Assembly (NCBI GenBank): GCA_030704615.1
Contig: CM060733.1
Span: 11,842,001-11,906,000, forward strand
Direction: 5' to 3'
Source: Takakia lepidozioides
Lineage: Eukaryota > Plantae > Bryophyta
DNA: 64,000 bases
Of the stretch, positions 12,201-24,734 are shown piece by piece. The stretch's first letter is position 1; every line of letters starts with the position of its first letter. The notes beneath the pieces were generated by a model, which was not told the origin of the DNA, made no database searches, and saw nothing but the letters and a program-made list of their open reading frames with translations. Both the position numbers and the translations under genes were made by a program.

Positions 12201-15200
12201 AACATAGAGAGGCCAGAAAGTCATGGAGCCATGCTTGTGTCGAGCAACCATATTTTATTAAGCAAGAAAGAAAGAGGCAAGAAAGAGGCGGACCTTACCG
12301 GCAGATCTGGCTCAAATCTGATTAGTTTACTCTGTAGGACCCCGATACTGACAGTTGCAATTGCATACTCAGCTGTGTACAGTGACCCATCCTCCGTCAA
12401 CACTGTGACCCCTTTTGACGAATGCTTTATCTGTCGAACCACCTGAAAGCATCCACAAAACAGGAGCCATATCATACATAAGTCCAGTTGAATTTTAGGA
12501 GAGTACCTTTGGTCCTATGATTGACCTCATCTGGTTTTCCTGTCCACCTTACCGGCAGTATGTTTCAGGAAACACTGGACAAAAGTAAAGAACCATTAAC
12601 AGCTGTTGAAGGGTGAGGTGAGTTTATTTAGAACAGATTTGAGTGCTACCCGACTATTCTGCAGACTGTTTGCACAACTGCTGTCAATCCTCCTCTATGA
12701 ACACATTCAATTCAACATCACCATTCTTGGACCTCAAATCAGCCACCAAAATGAAGCATTGCATGTCCCCAAAATTGGGCAGAGACACAGAAGACAGGGT
12801 TCCTAGTAGACCATAGATTCTCACCCACCTTACCTTGTTCAATTTGAGACGGGGATCAGTGATCACACCATCATGATTTTCAAGGAATTGGTTTGCCAAG
12901 TGTTCAACTATCACTTTGTAACCTCGCTTGTCACACACAAAGTAAGTATCCTGCCCGAAGTTGGCAAACGTGGGGAGTGGCTGGGTGTTCTTGAGACTCG
13001 TTATCCGGGGTGGCTCTGCATTCGAAACATCTCATCAAGCAATGCTTTACTACTTTGCTCTGCACATAGATTTAATATCAAATTTCTGATGCAGCGATCT
13101 TGGAACCTTGATCCTGAATGCTGCAAGTGTTCCCAGGAGGGGTAGAGAGAAACTCTCCCATTAAGGGAAAGTATCAAGTGAAGTGAAATGATACTTAATT
13201 CCGCGGGAAGCTCAAAGAAGGAAAGGAAGAGACAACAACTTTATGGCATTCTCAAAACTCCTTGGACCTTGTGGGGAAGAACGAATACCAAAGCAATCTA
13301 GAAAACCAGGCCTTGGAAGAGATGCGTCGGGAAAGTAAGATGCCAATCATTTCTGGTCTCTGTCTCTGCCAAGGATGACCATTGTCTGAAAAGACTGAAG
13401 GTGACACCCTATCCCAATGCCTGTAAACATCTGTTATCCTGATCTCAATGAGTTACGTGAAGAACAGGACATTCTGAGTCAGATGAGCACACCTAACACC
13501 AATTCAGTTATGCAGGATTGGATATGATTTTTAGACAGACATTGACATCATACATGAAACTGTGAGGTAGATTCCAGTCCCATTCCAGCCCTCAAGCTTG
13601 CATGAAGTTGACACTTAATTGACACACTGTTGAAGAAGAAGGGCAGAAGAGAGGGAAAAAAAAAAGGTTGGGAGAGTTCCGGCAGACAAGACTACAGTGC
13701 AGAGAGAAGTACACCGCGATCATGAGAGAGGAAGGCATATGGCAGGGGGAAGACCTGCAAACTCATAGTCGTAGTTGTTGTAGTCAAGTAACATCTCAAC
13801 CGGTGTGACTGGCAAGCTGCACATGCAATGTATCCACATGCATCCTATCACCCCTTTGTCTGACTCCTGGCAAGGACTTCCAAGAGTTCCTGTCTTTCTA
13901 TCCCTCTCCTTTCCCTCCCAAATATGGGAAAGCGGAGCTGTGTGAGTATCTTCATGTGGGTACATAATAGATGTGCATTTCATCTTGTCCTCCCTTCCTA
14001 CATTCTCCGTGATCTATTCAAACTGCAAACTGGGTCTACAATTCTCTGCAAAGTGCACAGATGGTCTGCAGGCCTCAAGGGTACTGCAATTGGCCAAGTC
14101 TGATGAATTCTCTCTAGCACCTGACTCTCCCCCTCCCTCTCCTCCTCTGCATGTTCAATTCTGAAGTGCCTCCGAGTGAGTAGACCATGACAGACTTTGT
14201 AGTGATGTCAAATCTGAACAGGATCCAAACCAACAGAGTGCAAGTTACTGCAATAGAGCTCCAACAAGAGCCCTTGAGACTGTGCTTGCCATGGCTACTA
14301 CACACCCCAGTGCCAGGTTTGGACAGCAGAAAGCTGAGTAATTCAAAAATACCAGTGCAGAAAGGATGCCACACCTAGCCTTCCTCCCGAAGGAAGTGTA
14401 AATTATGTAACCACGAGGAGGGAGGGAGGAAGACGACAATTCCCCCAAAACTTCTTCCGTTTCCTTTTAAAAGAGGGGAAAATTGGAAGGGACTACATCA
14501 TTGCAATCTGATAAATGGTACGGGAGACAATTCGGACAATTCGTTTAGTTCTACAGTTTTGTCAGCAGAAAGACAACAGGTATTGAGTCAATGAGGTCTT
14601 TAAGTCGGGACGAATTACCTCCCAAACCACCGTTGAGCAGTTAATACTGAAATATCCTCCTCACCGTGAGCAGTTAAAGAAGCCCCCATCCCTTGAGCAA
14701 AACTGAAATCAGCTGAAGCCAAATTGTATGGCACTGCTGTCTGCTGTGGTGGGATGAAACCTCTGCATAAAGCATCAAGCCAATGACTCCATACAGTCAA
14801 AGCCGAAAGGGGCACAAAAGGTGGGGAGAAAGGAAAATCAGAAAAGAACTTAATGGGACTATAATCCAGTAAGATGTGAACTCTTCTTGGTCAATGAAGT
14901 ATCTGGACTTGAAAGATCCCCAGCCATGACTTTGTACAAAATGTAGCCTCCACTAATCAGGGTTCTGTTGTCATACTTTAATTATGAAGAACCTCCAAAC
15001 CCTTCACTATTCAACCATCAGTATTCTATATCCACATGGCTTCTGAGCCGGAAGATCTCAGATTCTGGATTCGGCAAGTCCCCTGGCAGGCCAAGTGCCT
15101 TATGAAACAACAACATTCAGTCTGGCTTGTAAAATAAGGTAAGTGAGAGCTTCGATTAGAATGTGTAATGAGATCAGAATTGAGAACACCGCCTGGGTAA

Positions 15201-16993
15201 GTCCATTACTTTTAGGTCTTCTGCATGGCCATCCCTGCTCAGCTTATTTTTCAGATGTCCAATAGTATCATAAAAGTGACTTAGTGCGAATGCAGGATTT
15301 ACCTTTGACTCGCCCTTTAAGCATCAGGCGATTGTAGCCAATCCTAGGTATCACTAAGGCTCTTTTACCCCCGCTAATTCCCAGCGTTGACACCTGAATT
15401 GTCAGGCCTGTATACGCTGCTTACCTCCCTGGCGTGAGAGCCACTAGCGCAGACAAGAAGGTATGGAATAGCAAAATCATGGTGGGAAAGTAGATTTGAA
15501 ATCTTGTTAGCTACATTCAAGGAGCTTTGTGCACTGTGGATCTCCCAAGAGTGACACATTATCCCCAAGCCGTCCCCCCTCTTACCAGGAACTACCTCAT
15601 GGGAGCTGGGAGTCTTTTGAAGCACACTCTCCAACTCAGAACTGTCTAGGCAAATAAGAAGCATCCTCAGTAAAGTACGTGCGCTACGGAGTTGGAAGGC
15701 CTCTCCTGAAGAGAAATTAACTCCTTTCGCTTACACTGTTCAAGCTTTTCATCCCCGGCACCCCGACTCCTTTGCGGGGGTTGGCCTCAAAGCAGGCACT
15801 GGGCATGTCGGATATCATTACTAACGCTATCCTCCGCATCTCACTGAGTTCGAGCAATATATTGAAGTGCCCCGAAGATCAGGGACTCACGGAAGACCTG
15901 GTATTGCCCAACCTGTGCGATATTGGCAAGATCGCAGTAACGTCTTTCACGATCAAACTACATGTAGCCGTCTTGGATGCAATTTGTCTTTATGTTCTTC
16001 CTTACTGCTAGGATTTCTATGGTACAAGAAAAATGAGCAACGTACGATGCGTCATAGATGTTGTAGCTAGTATTGGAGAGATCGGAGAACTGGGTGCGCA
16101 ATTGAAGGTCTTGGGCCAATTCCCAAATGGGGTTGAGCTCCTTCCCATTGACGCCCTCCACCCAGTTGGCACCCATCTCAATAGTGTAGTTCGCAAAACT
16201 ATGGGTTTGCATGCGACCCCCTATCTTATGTGTAGCCTCCAATATGATGATGTTTTTCTCGCCCATGTCTGCTAACCGCTTGCCCGCACTTATCCCTGAT
16301 GTTACACAATCATTGTCAATCACAACATTTTCAATCACAGTCCTCCAAGTAGTTTTTTAGGAAATCAGAACATTTGTGCAGTGGTAACTGGCTAGCTAAG
16401 TAGTTCCTACGCGGAGGGAGAAAAGAGAGAGCTGTAGATAGACAGAAAGAAAGAAACTTTATGAAGTCGTCGACGAAGAAGCTCAAAGAGCATATGGAAC
16501 AAGAAAGTGGCCCCCGACAAGCAGCCGAAACTAGGATTGACAGAAAAAAAGAGGACTCATAAACTCCAAAGGAAACGTATGGAAACAGGAGAAAACGAGA
16601 AAGAAACAAATGACAGCTTCAAAACTCATCAATTGTTGCAGTGGGTGGAATGGATGTCTGATTGTTTTGGCATAGACCGCATATTCACCATACAACTACT
16701 TTTGCACGGTGACATGACACAATTAAAAAGAAATATTCGAAGGCGGTGCCATAGGAGACAGAAAGAAAGAGAGAACCTGCCATCCCTGCACCAATAACGA
16801 TGATGGTGGCATCAAGTTTGGGGAGCCCAGGTTGAGCAGTCGCCTTGGTGGGCAGCCACGCCACTCCTGTAGCTTGCAAAACCACCGTTACCAGCAACAC
16901 CATGCAGAAACCGGGTTTGTACCATGGCTTCAGCTGCCCCATTCCCTCAATCTGTGTCCAACTCGGCCGGGCAGCTTCCGCTTTGACACTCAT
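9256..16993 (-). CDS. PAO: Polyamine oxidase (FAD-dependent amine oxidase, AtPAO1/ZmPAO-like), 10 exons
   Basis: Exons joined with GT-AG and consistent phase: 16993-16777, 16295-16046, 14762-14619, 13816-13755, 13015-12834, 12442-12299, 12013-11864, 10460-10209, 9846-9765, 9374-9256 (TAG). Motifs: [13 protein letters not shown] (FAD), [64 protein letters not shown]. Hydrophobic N-terminal segment suggests secretion or a membrane anchor. Confidence 0.95.
10838..11484 (-). mobile_element. 5'-truncated non-LTR retrotransposon in PAO intron 7
   Basis: Open 212-aa ORF2 C-terminus (CPLC...[10 protein letters not shown]). 10-bp TSD CTGGGATATA at 10828-10837 and 11485-11494. 3' end ...CTTATGAGTACAA with no poly(A). 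Confidence 0.9.
12071..12150 (-). mobile_element. Short internal fragment of the same LINE family in PAO intron 6
   Basis: GCCCTGAGTTTAAATTTCAGTCTAGTGCCGAGAGTGGGTAGACCCTTGAGGTCATCCA matches 11283-11340. Confidence 0.8.
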
Positions 16994-17294
16994 CGCATAC
17001 GTCCTACCTAATTGTGAGAGAAAGCCAGCATATCAACTCTCCAGTAGCTGAGGCACGTTGTGAAGCGCAGAGACGCAGCCGGCAACTCTCCTTGACGCAT
17101 ATGCTTGCTATTCTGGGCTAGACACCCAATGGACGATCCTCCTGCAAACAACCATCCAACAAAGGGAGGGAGGAATTGCACAGTCCATCAGCTCTACAAT
17201 TGCTGAGGACGGTTGTGAAGGTGGTGGGCAGGGAGAGACGCAGCCAGCGAACTTGCGGACAAAATAGTGGGCGTAGGCAACTTTCCCTTGCTAT

Positions 17295-17657
17295 TAGAGT
17301 TGTCCGTAAAGTGAGCCTGAGTTTGGTACCCTGTTTGGACCCGAGTTACGGGTTTCATCCTGAGTTTGAGTAAATCCGTAAAGTGCATAAAACTGGGCAT
17401 GAAGTAAAAAAGAGGGCACCAAATCATAAACTGGGGATGAGGGCAACGGCTGCTCACGCGAGCTCGTGAGCTCCGCCTCGACGACAAACAAAACTCGGGT
17501 CCAAACTCCTGCCACCCCCATTTTCCTAGTCCTGGCAGTTTGGTCCCTTGTTTTTTTCTAGTCGTACCGCTTGATCCTGAGTTTTGAGTCTCATGCCCAG
17601 TTTTGGCCAAACTCAGGGTTCTCATGCCGAGTTTGGGACCCTTTACGGTTAACTCTA
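17295..17657. mobile_element. Putative MITE upstream of PAO
   Basis: Imperfect TIRs TAGAGTTGTCCGTAAAG...CTTTACGGTTAACTCTA. Internal AAACTC(G/A)GG/CC(C/T)GAGTTT repeats. No TSD found. Confidence 0.5.
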
Positions 17658-18074
17658 TTTACAGAGAGAATCCAAAAAAACTTAGCACCCAAAAAAGGAG
17701 GGGAAAACTTCGATTGGCCAGAGTGACAGTTGTTCCCATGAGACTCAATGGGAACATGAAAGTTTTTAATTCCCAGTTGGGCACATGTTACACTTCATGC
17801 TGCCAGACAGGGGACGTAGGGACTACGCACCAACTTGGTCAAAGTGACCTTAACCTTATATCATGGATTGTTCACATGAGACTTAATGGGAACATGAAAG
17901 TTTATAGTTCTCAAGTTGGGCACATGTTACACTTCATATCAATAAAACAATGGCGTGCCTCCGTGTATCCCATGCCTTGTTGAAAATTATTTTTTGGGAA
18001 AAATAATTATAACCCCTTGTACACACCATAAGGGACACACACCGGGTTTTTGGGTCATGGATCCAAGAAAAAAC

Positions 18075-18310
18075 CAGTGTTGGGCGGTTATGACTTTGGC
18101 CGGTTATAACGTTATAACCGCAGGTTATTAGACCGGTTATATATATATATATATCCAGAGGAGGTGGAAAAATAAAAAATCGGATATAAACAGATCCGGC
18201 GGAGGCTAGGGGTTGAGATAACCGGCGGGTGTCGAGAACCCGCGAGCAAGTTTGGTTTTTTATTTATTGGTATCCGGCCATGGCCTTAAAAAAGGACCCG
18301 GTTATCAATT
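18075..18310. mobile_element. hAT-type terminal fragment
   Basis: Starts CAGTGTTGGGCGG, nearly the same as the reverse complement of the hAT end at 46974-46986. Repeated CCGGTTAT motifs. Confidence 0.5.
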
Positions 18311-19558
18311 ATTAGTGTCAGCACATACCCCTGCTAAGATTAAATGTGACACATCAGTCCAAGGCGATATGGTTTAGAAACAAGTTTCGCGAGCATAGGT
18401 TAGGTGTGTAGCTGAAGGAATTCCCTTCAATGCGGTTCTGTTTTGGGCATGTGAGAGTGCTGTACTATGGTGGTTAAGGCCCTTAGTGTGATGCATGAGA
18501 GATGTGAAGGTGTAGGATGGCAGATCTTGCCCAACTCTGAGATGAGGAGGATCATGATGGCTCGACCTGGATTTGGCAGTGGGCTCACAGTGGGCATCTC
18601 GCTCTCTACTTTTGAGTTTTCAATACATGCACACTTAGGCAACCTCTGGTTTTGTCTCATTTCCCATAGTTGCATCAAGCATTACGTACTTGCAAGCTCA
18701 TTTCTTAGAGATACTGGTGATGGGCATTTGTTATTCTCTGGGACAACAGGTGTTGTTCGGAATTCCGTGACGTTCTTGGGGTGCACGATCAGCCAATGTG
18801 GTGACGTTAGGGTACTGGTCTGGTTCTTGTTGGATTTACTTGAAAGACTAAGCAATGAGAGAAGAAGGGAAGAGAGAGAGAGGAAAAAGAAACGAAAGAG
18901 AAGGTAGATAGAGGCTGATCTAAGCTAGTGGCCTCATAATGAAATGGTGAAGCACTGAGTTCTAGTATCTAAGGACAACCCTATGGGCATGTCAACCAGT
19001 GTTGGTATGGTATCGTGTTTTGGAGATACCAGGAGGGTCTTGGTAGTATAAAATTTAGAGATGTCCCAAACACGGGTATGCCTTAATAAAAAAAAACCCC
19101 AGATTTTGTTACTTGTAGTGTATCAATAATACCAGCATTTCACTTTTCCAGACTTGGTATCAACAAGGGTATGAAAACCTTGATACCTGCTGATATCAAC
19201 TTCGGGTAAAGTATCAAAAATTTACATTTCAGAGAGAAGCACACATTTAAATTTAAAAATAAAAAATAAAAGCTGAAGTGCACCACCTCAGCCCCTGAGT
19301 GCACTGAACATTGTAACATGCATATGGAAACTTTTGGCCTTGCATTTATAACCATTTTCACGGCCACCGTTTTTCTTTCCAGTCACAAAGACTAATGCTC
19401 CATGTGACACAGCACTAATACAAATAGAAACAAAACCATCTGTCGCCATCTCTAGGCTATGTGCATTGATACGCGAACAACCATACCAGCAACACAGTTC
19501 CAACGAAAAAAAACAAGTAACAACATCAACAACAGTGAGTCGAGACCAGTCGGCTAGG

Positions 19559-22500
19559 CACTACCCCAAATCATGGTGTTTTTACTCTCTTTTTTTTAGA
19601 GTCATGGTTTTCATGAGTCAAACCATGACTCGATGTCGTCATGGTTCAAAAATGACATGGGTATGACCAAAAATGACCAAAAAGGGTCATGTAGACGCCT
19701 CTATACCGGTCAACGTCATTTGACTGGGATATAGTCATGATCATGGGTCACGCTAAACAATAATGCAGATGACTCTACATTTTTAGATTGGTGTAGTCAA
19801 CTCCCTTTGACCAAGATAAGGTCATTTGCACGACTCTTATGAGAATCCATTGATGGATGAGTTCATTACATGAATGAAATGTTGATTATTTTCATTCATC
19901 AACTGGATGATTTCGTACATGAATGAAATTTTGATTATTTTCATTCATCAATTGGATGATTTCATTACATGCAAGGATTTGGATGATTTCATTCACATGG
20001 GGACTTCGATACTTTTCAAGAACGCCCTCATTGTCACTCTTCTTCCCACTCCCAGAGCCTACTAGGGTGGCGATCGAGGAGGGATGCTCCGGTTAGTCAA
20101 GAAGAAAGGCTGCTGAGTAGTTAGGGTTTCGGGCTCAGTGCAATGTCCAGAGAATTTATGTTGGAATGCTGCATGAAGTATTTCTTGTTTTTAGCTTGCT
20201 GCAAATTGTGGAGGTCATAGCAGGCAGGCCAATGGATCCTATGATGACATGCTGCTTACTGAAGCTCACTAGCACCCCTCAGTAAAGGACCTTGTTAGAA
20301 TGTTGATGCTGTCGGATTTTCGAGCACAAACCTCTACCTTGGAGCACGGAGCAGAGCCGGCATGAGTTTCGCAAAGATCATTCACGATGGTGGGACAACC
20401 ACAATCGTTTTCCTTAATGTACGATGTGACGAAGTTTTGTCCCTCCTGCAAATGTGGGCTCTTGGCTCCTGTTAGTCATGACTTGGTATTCTTCTTGATG
20501 TTTACAAGGTTCTTGGGAGAGTCGGCTTGGTCTTAGCAGGCCGTGTTTCAATCTCTGCCCGCTCAGCTGCACCGTGGTGGTTCTCACAAACCAATCCAAT
20601 ATACCTGATCACAGACACAAGTAGCACACACAAGAGGTCCTCTTGGGTTCATGGTCAGTCAAATCCTCCGTGGGTCATGACACAAGGTCGAGGACAATGT
20701 GGTGAGGGCACCCTCTTCTTCGACCTATTTCAGCCTGTTTTGCCCTCTCATCAGACTCGGCCCTGAATTTTCAAGACCAAATTTTTTTGGCGTTGTCCCT
20801 TCTTGAGGTGTCCACCCTAGTGCAACAATTTAGACCTGGTTTCACGTTATCAAATCGCGTTCAGGCATTTTGTTGAATACTTGGTGTGCATCCACAATGC
20901 TCCCACACTCAGCATAATACACAAGCGGCCTGCTCCAATCACCACAGATCCACCCAACGAGCTTACTTACAGAATTCAATATGCAAATTCTATAGCACTG
21001 AATAACAGTGTTGGATAGATTAAACATTATGTTCTCCTCGTTCTTGTAATTTTTTTCTCAGTTGGTCTATATTGTTTGTGATATGGAGAGCGGGTACGTG
21101 AAGGAGTGGGCAAACTGATGTGCGTAGTGGGTGCAAACCTTACCCTTAGTGTAACTCTGCATGAACAAGGCGATAGTGCAGACATGGCTGTGGAGGAAAG
21201 TGGAGTCTCTGTGGAGGAAATTGTGAGAAGATGGAGCGCTGAGATGGTGGATGGTGCGACGACCTCTGTAGCTAAGATCCAAACATAGACTGGTGCAACA
21301 CTGGGGGATACAGCACTGGCTGCTTTGGATGGCAGTGATGTGGGGAAACAGAGATTGAAGCTGCTTCTAAATGGAATTCCAACTACTGGTCTGTGTGGTT
21401 TGGTTGCATGAATCAGGCACTCCACTTTTTAATTGCAAGTGTCAAGTCTGGCAGGGCAGTGACTCTCAACAGAGTGGTTGTGGGGCTTCTTCATCCTATC
21501 CTCTCTGTGCAGGTGAGTCATTCATATCATTTGACTAGATTGGCAATTAGCCTGCAGGGTGTGTTTGGAGTTAGGTTTTGGACTCTGCTGCATAAAGTCA
21601 GTGTGAGTTGTATATTGAGTGTTTTACTTGCAGCTCAGTGGCAGTGGTCAACATCCAAATTATCTCTGTAATGGACTGGATACTGTAGTATTAATGTTAT
21701 CTGCTGGTTATTTAGATATGCAGCTGCTTCAGTGTGGCAACAGACAGCTCTGCAGAAGTCTTGCCTTTGCAGATTGTTCAAAGAGGTGGCGGTGTGACAT
21801 AAGGGTTATGTTTTGGAGAGAACAGGACACGTCAGACAAGGAACTGGCAGCCTTAGCGAAAGGAGCTTTACAGCTTCTAAGCTCAGCAGCGTTGAGAACG
21901 TTGCAACACTGGCGGTAGCCATAGCACCTTGGCAAGAGATCAGAAGTGCGGAAGCTTGTGGTGTTGAAAAAGACTGCTTCCTGTACCCCAAGTCGGGGTG
22001 AGAAAACGCCAAAATCGCCGGGGTTGGGGAAAGACCAAGGTCGGGGAAGCCTTACATTCCGTCTTGCAAGTCGCAGCAGCACAATTAATAGAACCAGGCA
22101 CTGCTAATGAAGGTACCTTCTTCAACACATTTCAGCCTGTTTTTCCATGTTATCAGAGTCATCCCTAAATTTTCAGGTTGAATTCTGCAAGTTATCTTGT
22201 TGGTGGATCTATGGTGGTTTTTGAGTGATTTTGACATGTTACTGCCAATGTGGCAACAAGAAAGTATCTAAAAATAGATAACAGAGATGAGGAGAAGCTC
22301 TGGAATGAATCGATGAGTAGCAATGGCCCAACTTGAGTGGGGTTCAGGTTAGAAGTGAGGGGTTTGCTATTATGTTCATCTTTCTGCACTTACGGCTGGG
22401 TCGAGTGTTTCCATGTGGCCGTCACAGAAGACTTTCTTCAGACCCATACCTGAAGTAAGCCTTCAACTTTTGACATATGTTCCATTTTTCAGCTTTGCAT

Positions 22501-24734
22501 CTGTTGTAAGTTGAGCATGGTTGCAGGCCCATCATGGGCGTTTTCTAGTCAACAGCTCACCTATTGTGCATCTGCGGATGTGGAATTGAAACCTTGTTAC
22601 AGAAAAAAGCCCAGGTGATTAGCCCTGTTGGTAATTTATGAAGATTCTGTGAAGAACCACATTTACACAAGTGCAGAGAACATTTGGCATGATCTTTTGG
22701 TGGATATTCTAGTTCCAGTACTATTCTTTAAGTTATTTTGGCTGCCATGAGCTATGTTCGTGCAGCATGTGGCCCCATTGGGAGTTCACACCACCATATT
22801 TTATATCTCAATGAGAGACACCATGCTGCACTTTGTTGACAGCTACAAATGTGTGTATGTAACTGGCACAGCTTGCATTCTGACACTCTGTTTCTTATTG
22901 TGCTAGTAGCAGGAATGGGATTCAAGTATAGGAAGGGCTCTTGAACAGCAAAGAGTTCTTCATCTGAAGAATTTAGACCCAGAATTGGCATCATGGTACG
23001 CTCCAGTACACTTTACTTCATTTGAATGTATGCAAGGAAGATAATTGTATTGGGTGAGAGCAGTTCCACAGGTCTGCAAGATATGAATTATCGCTGATCA
23101 CTTTCCAAGTGAGCTCCAACCAGTCGTGGGGTTGTTATCTAAGGTACACATCCCAGTCTGCTCTTCTATGTGTATCACATTCTAAAGGGGTTTGGTTAGC
23201 AGGACGCTCTTATTGACGTTTTGCAAACAAGTTTTGAGGCCCACTTAATTCCACCAGCTTCTTTCACCACCATTCAGTCTAGTATAGCTCTCCAACTGAA
23301 CTCTATGCAGTCTGCTCAGTTCTCTTCCACTGAGTCGGTACTTGGTTTTTCTGAACTTTGGCTTAATTATATGAATTGCCATAGCAACCTGAAGCTGGAA
23401 ATCTGCCTTACAGCATAGCAAGAGTCAACCTTAGTTTTGCCAAAGCAGGTCTATGGGAACTGGCCCACATGAATGACTATTCTGGATATTTCAACAAATG
23501 AGAACTATGATTATTTCTCTCTTTTAATGCGCACTCCCATTGGAATCTGCACTTGTTGTTGTTGTGCTTATACATGTGTGCATTCATGTGCAGGTCATGC
23601 GATCTTGATCTCTTGTAAAGGAGGCAAAAGGTCTCGGGGGCAGAAGGAGGCATGCTATGGACAATCAGCGAGGAGGAAGGTGCTCAGTTTGTCACTTTTT
23701 GGATCCATATATGTGCAGTGGGTAGTTGGGCTACCGTTGAGAGATTAGATTCTTTCAAACAGTCAGGTTTTTTGTTGATCCTTTGGCATTGTGCACAGAC
23801 TTTAACCACGGTGTCTTCCTGTCATATTTTCCATCAATTGTCGAATCTTTTTGGCTCATGACACCGCGCATTTGTGCAAAATAATATATTATCCATATTA
23901 TAAATTATATATAAATGGTATTATATTTCAATACAGATAAACCTAATCAATTCAGTAAATATACAATACAAATTAAACGACTGTCTCCTGTTCTTTGAAA
24001 ATTTAAAAATTTAAAAAAGGTATATATTAAAAATTCCATCCAGTTAGAATTTTATATGTGGAGTAGAGATAGGTCAGGCCCATGACTCAACTAGGCACCA
24101 ATAGCCATGCAAAGCGTGACACGTGTCCAGTTATGCTCATGAACTCAAACCAATGAGGTCATGCTCATGACTCAAGTACCTTTCACATTTCAAATTCACA
24201 CCATACACTATGCGCCACGTAGCCACTCAATGAGACTTGAGTCAGATCCACGACCACCTAAAGCTTTAAAATGGTCATGCTCATGACCAAGACGGTCATG
24301 CTCATGACCAGGGTAGTTTCCCATTCCTACCTGAAACCAGACACATATCCGGGCGCAAACGCAGCCACAGTCAGATCCATGACTCTCGAAAAGTTGCTAG
24401 ATCCAACACATGGTATTGCTCAATGTGAACACGTGGCTCGTTATGGCACGCATGCGAGATAGCGTCGTCCCTACACCTGTCATCATCTGAAATTGACACA
24501 TCGTAATCCAGGGAGAGTCGTGTGTTACTAGAAAACAGTCACGGACGTGACAAAAAACAGGGTCATGTATCTTGCTCAGTAGGGGATGTCACCCATAGTC
24601 ATATTCAGGACGCGGATATTAGAGTCATCGTAACGACACGATCTGCATGACTCTTTGCAAAAGATTCAAAATGATCAAAAGAGTCATGAAAACAGTAAAA
24701 AAAAATGTCATGAAATCCGTTTTTTGTACTAGTG
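19559..24734. mobile_element. Non-autonomous Pack-CACTA element, ~5.2 kb
   Basis: Begins CACTA at 19559, ends TAGTG at 24734. 3-bp TSD AGG on both sides. CATGAC/GTCATG subterminal repeats at both ends. No transposase recognised inside. Confidence 0.88.
20842..20920 (-). pseudogene. Captured PPR-motif fragment inside the CACTA element
   Basis: YAECGSIVDAHQVFNKMPERDLIT matches the PLS-class PPR consensus YAKCGSLEDARxVFDxMPxRDVVSW. Isolated, with no flanking PPR repeats. Confidence 0.75.

Noticed and set aside
15330-15950. Possible degenerate non-LTR retroelement in PAO intron 2 ([10 protein letters not shown])
   Set aside because: Only one weak motif, with no RT core or TSD.
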